DNA from: Octopus sinensis
Taxonomy: Eukaryota
NCBI RefSeq assembly: GCF_006345805.1
Contig: NC_043014.1
Coordinates: 40,300,001 to 40,364,000, forward strand
Direction: 5' to 3'
Length of the DNA: 64,000 nucleotides
Each line of letters begins with the position of its first letter. Position 1 is the stretch's first letter. Shown in pieces: positions 63,897-64,000 of this stretch. The position numbers were made by a program, and so were the translations under genes. The notes beneath the pieces are model-generated. The model was not told the DNA's origin and searched no databases. It saw nothing but the letters and a program-made list of their open reading frames with translations.

Positions 63897-64000
63897 AACA
63901 TGCACAAACCACACACACACACACACACAAACCACACACACAAACACAGAAACCACACACACTCACACACAAACCACACACACACACACACACACAAACC

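Overview
Eukaryotic, AT-rich, microsatellite-rich DNA, inferred to be octopus (coleoid cephalopod) from its tRNA-derived SINE and RTE repeat families. The window lies entirely inside one + strand gene for an outer-arm axonemal dynein heavy chain (DNAH5/DNAH8-like). I traced 16 internal GT-AG exons (3388 to 63208) with consistent splice phases, running from the N-terminal tail into the linker region. One exon (39039-39255) carries two apparent 1-bp deletions. Introns are filled with SINEs, truncated RTE/CR1/R4-type LINEs, mariner, piggyBac-, hAT- and Tigger-like MITEs, non-autonomous Helitrons and simple repeats, and there is a 100-N gap. The most notable unexplained structure is a set of seven type I hammerhead-ribozyme-like motifs from at least three families. 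They sit in (TA)n-embedded, probably Penelope-like or retrozyme-like elements: two in a ~1.2-kb foldback with ~550-bp arms, and one canonical-core GUC motif in a 431-bp unit with terminal direct repeats. There are also many long inverted repeats that would form dsRNA in the pre-mRNA. No rRNA, genuine tRNA or CRISPR array was found. Repeat boundaries are approximate unless a TSD or TIR is cited, and homology calls are from recalled sequences, not database searches.
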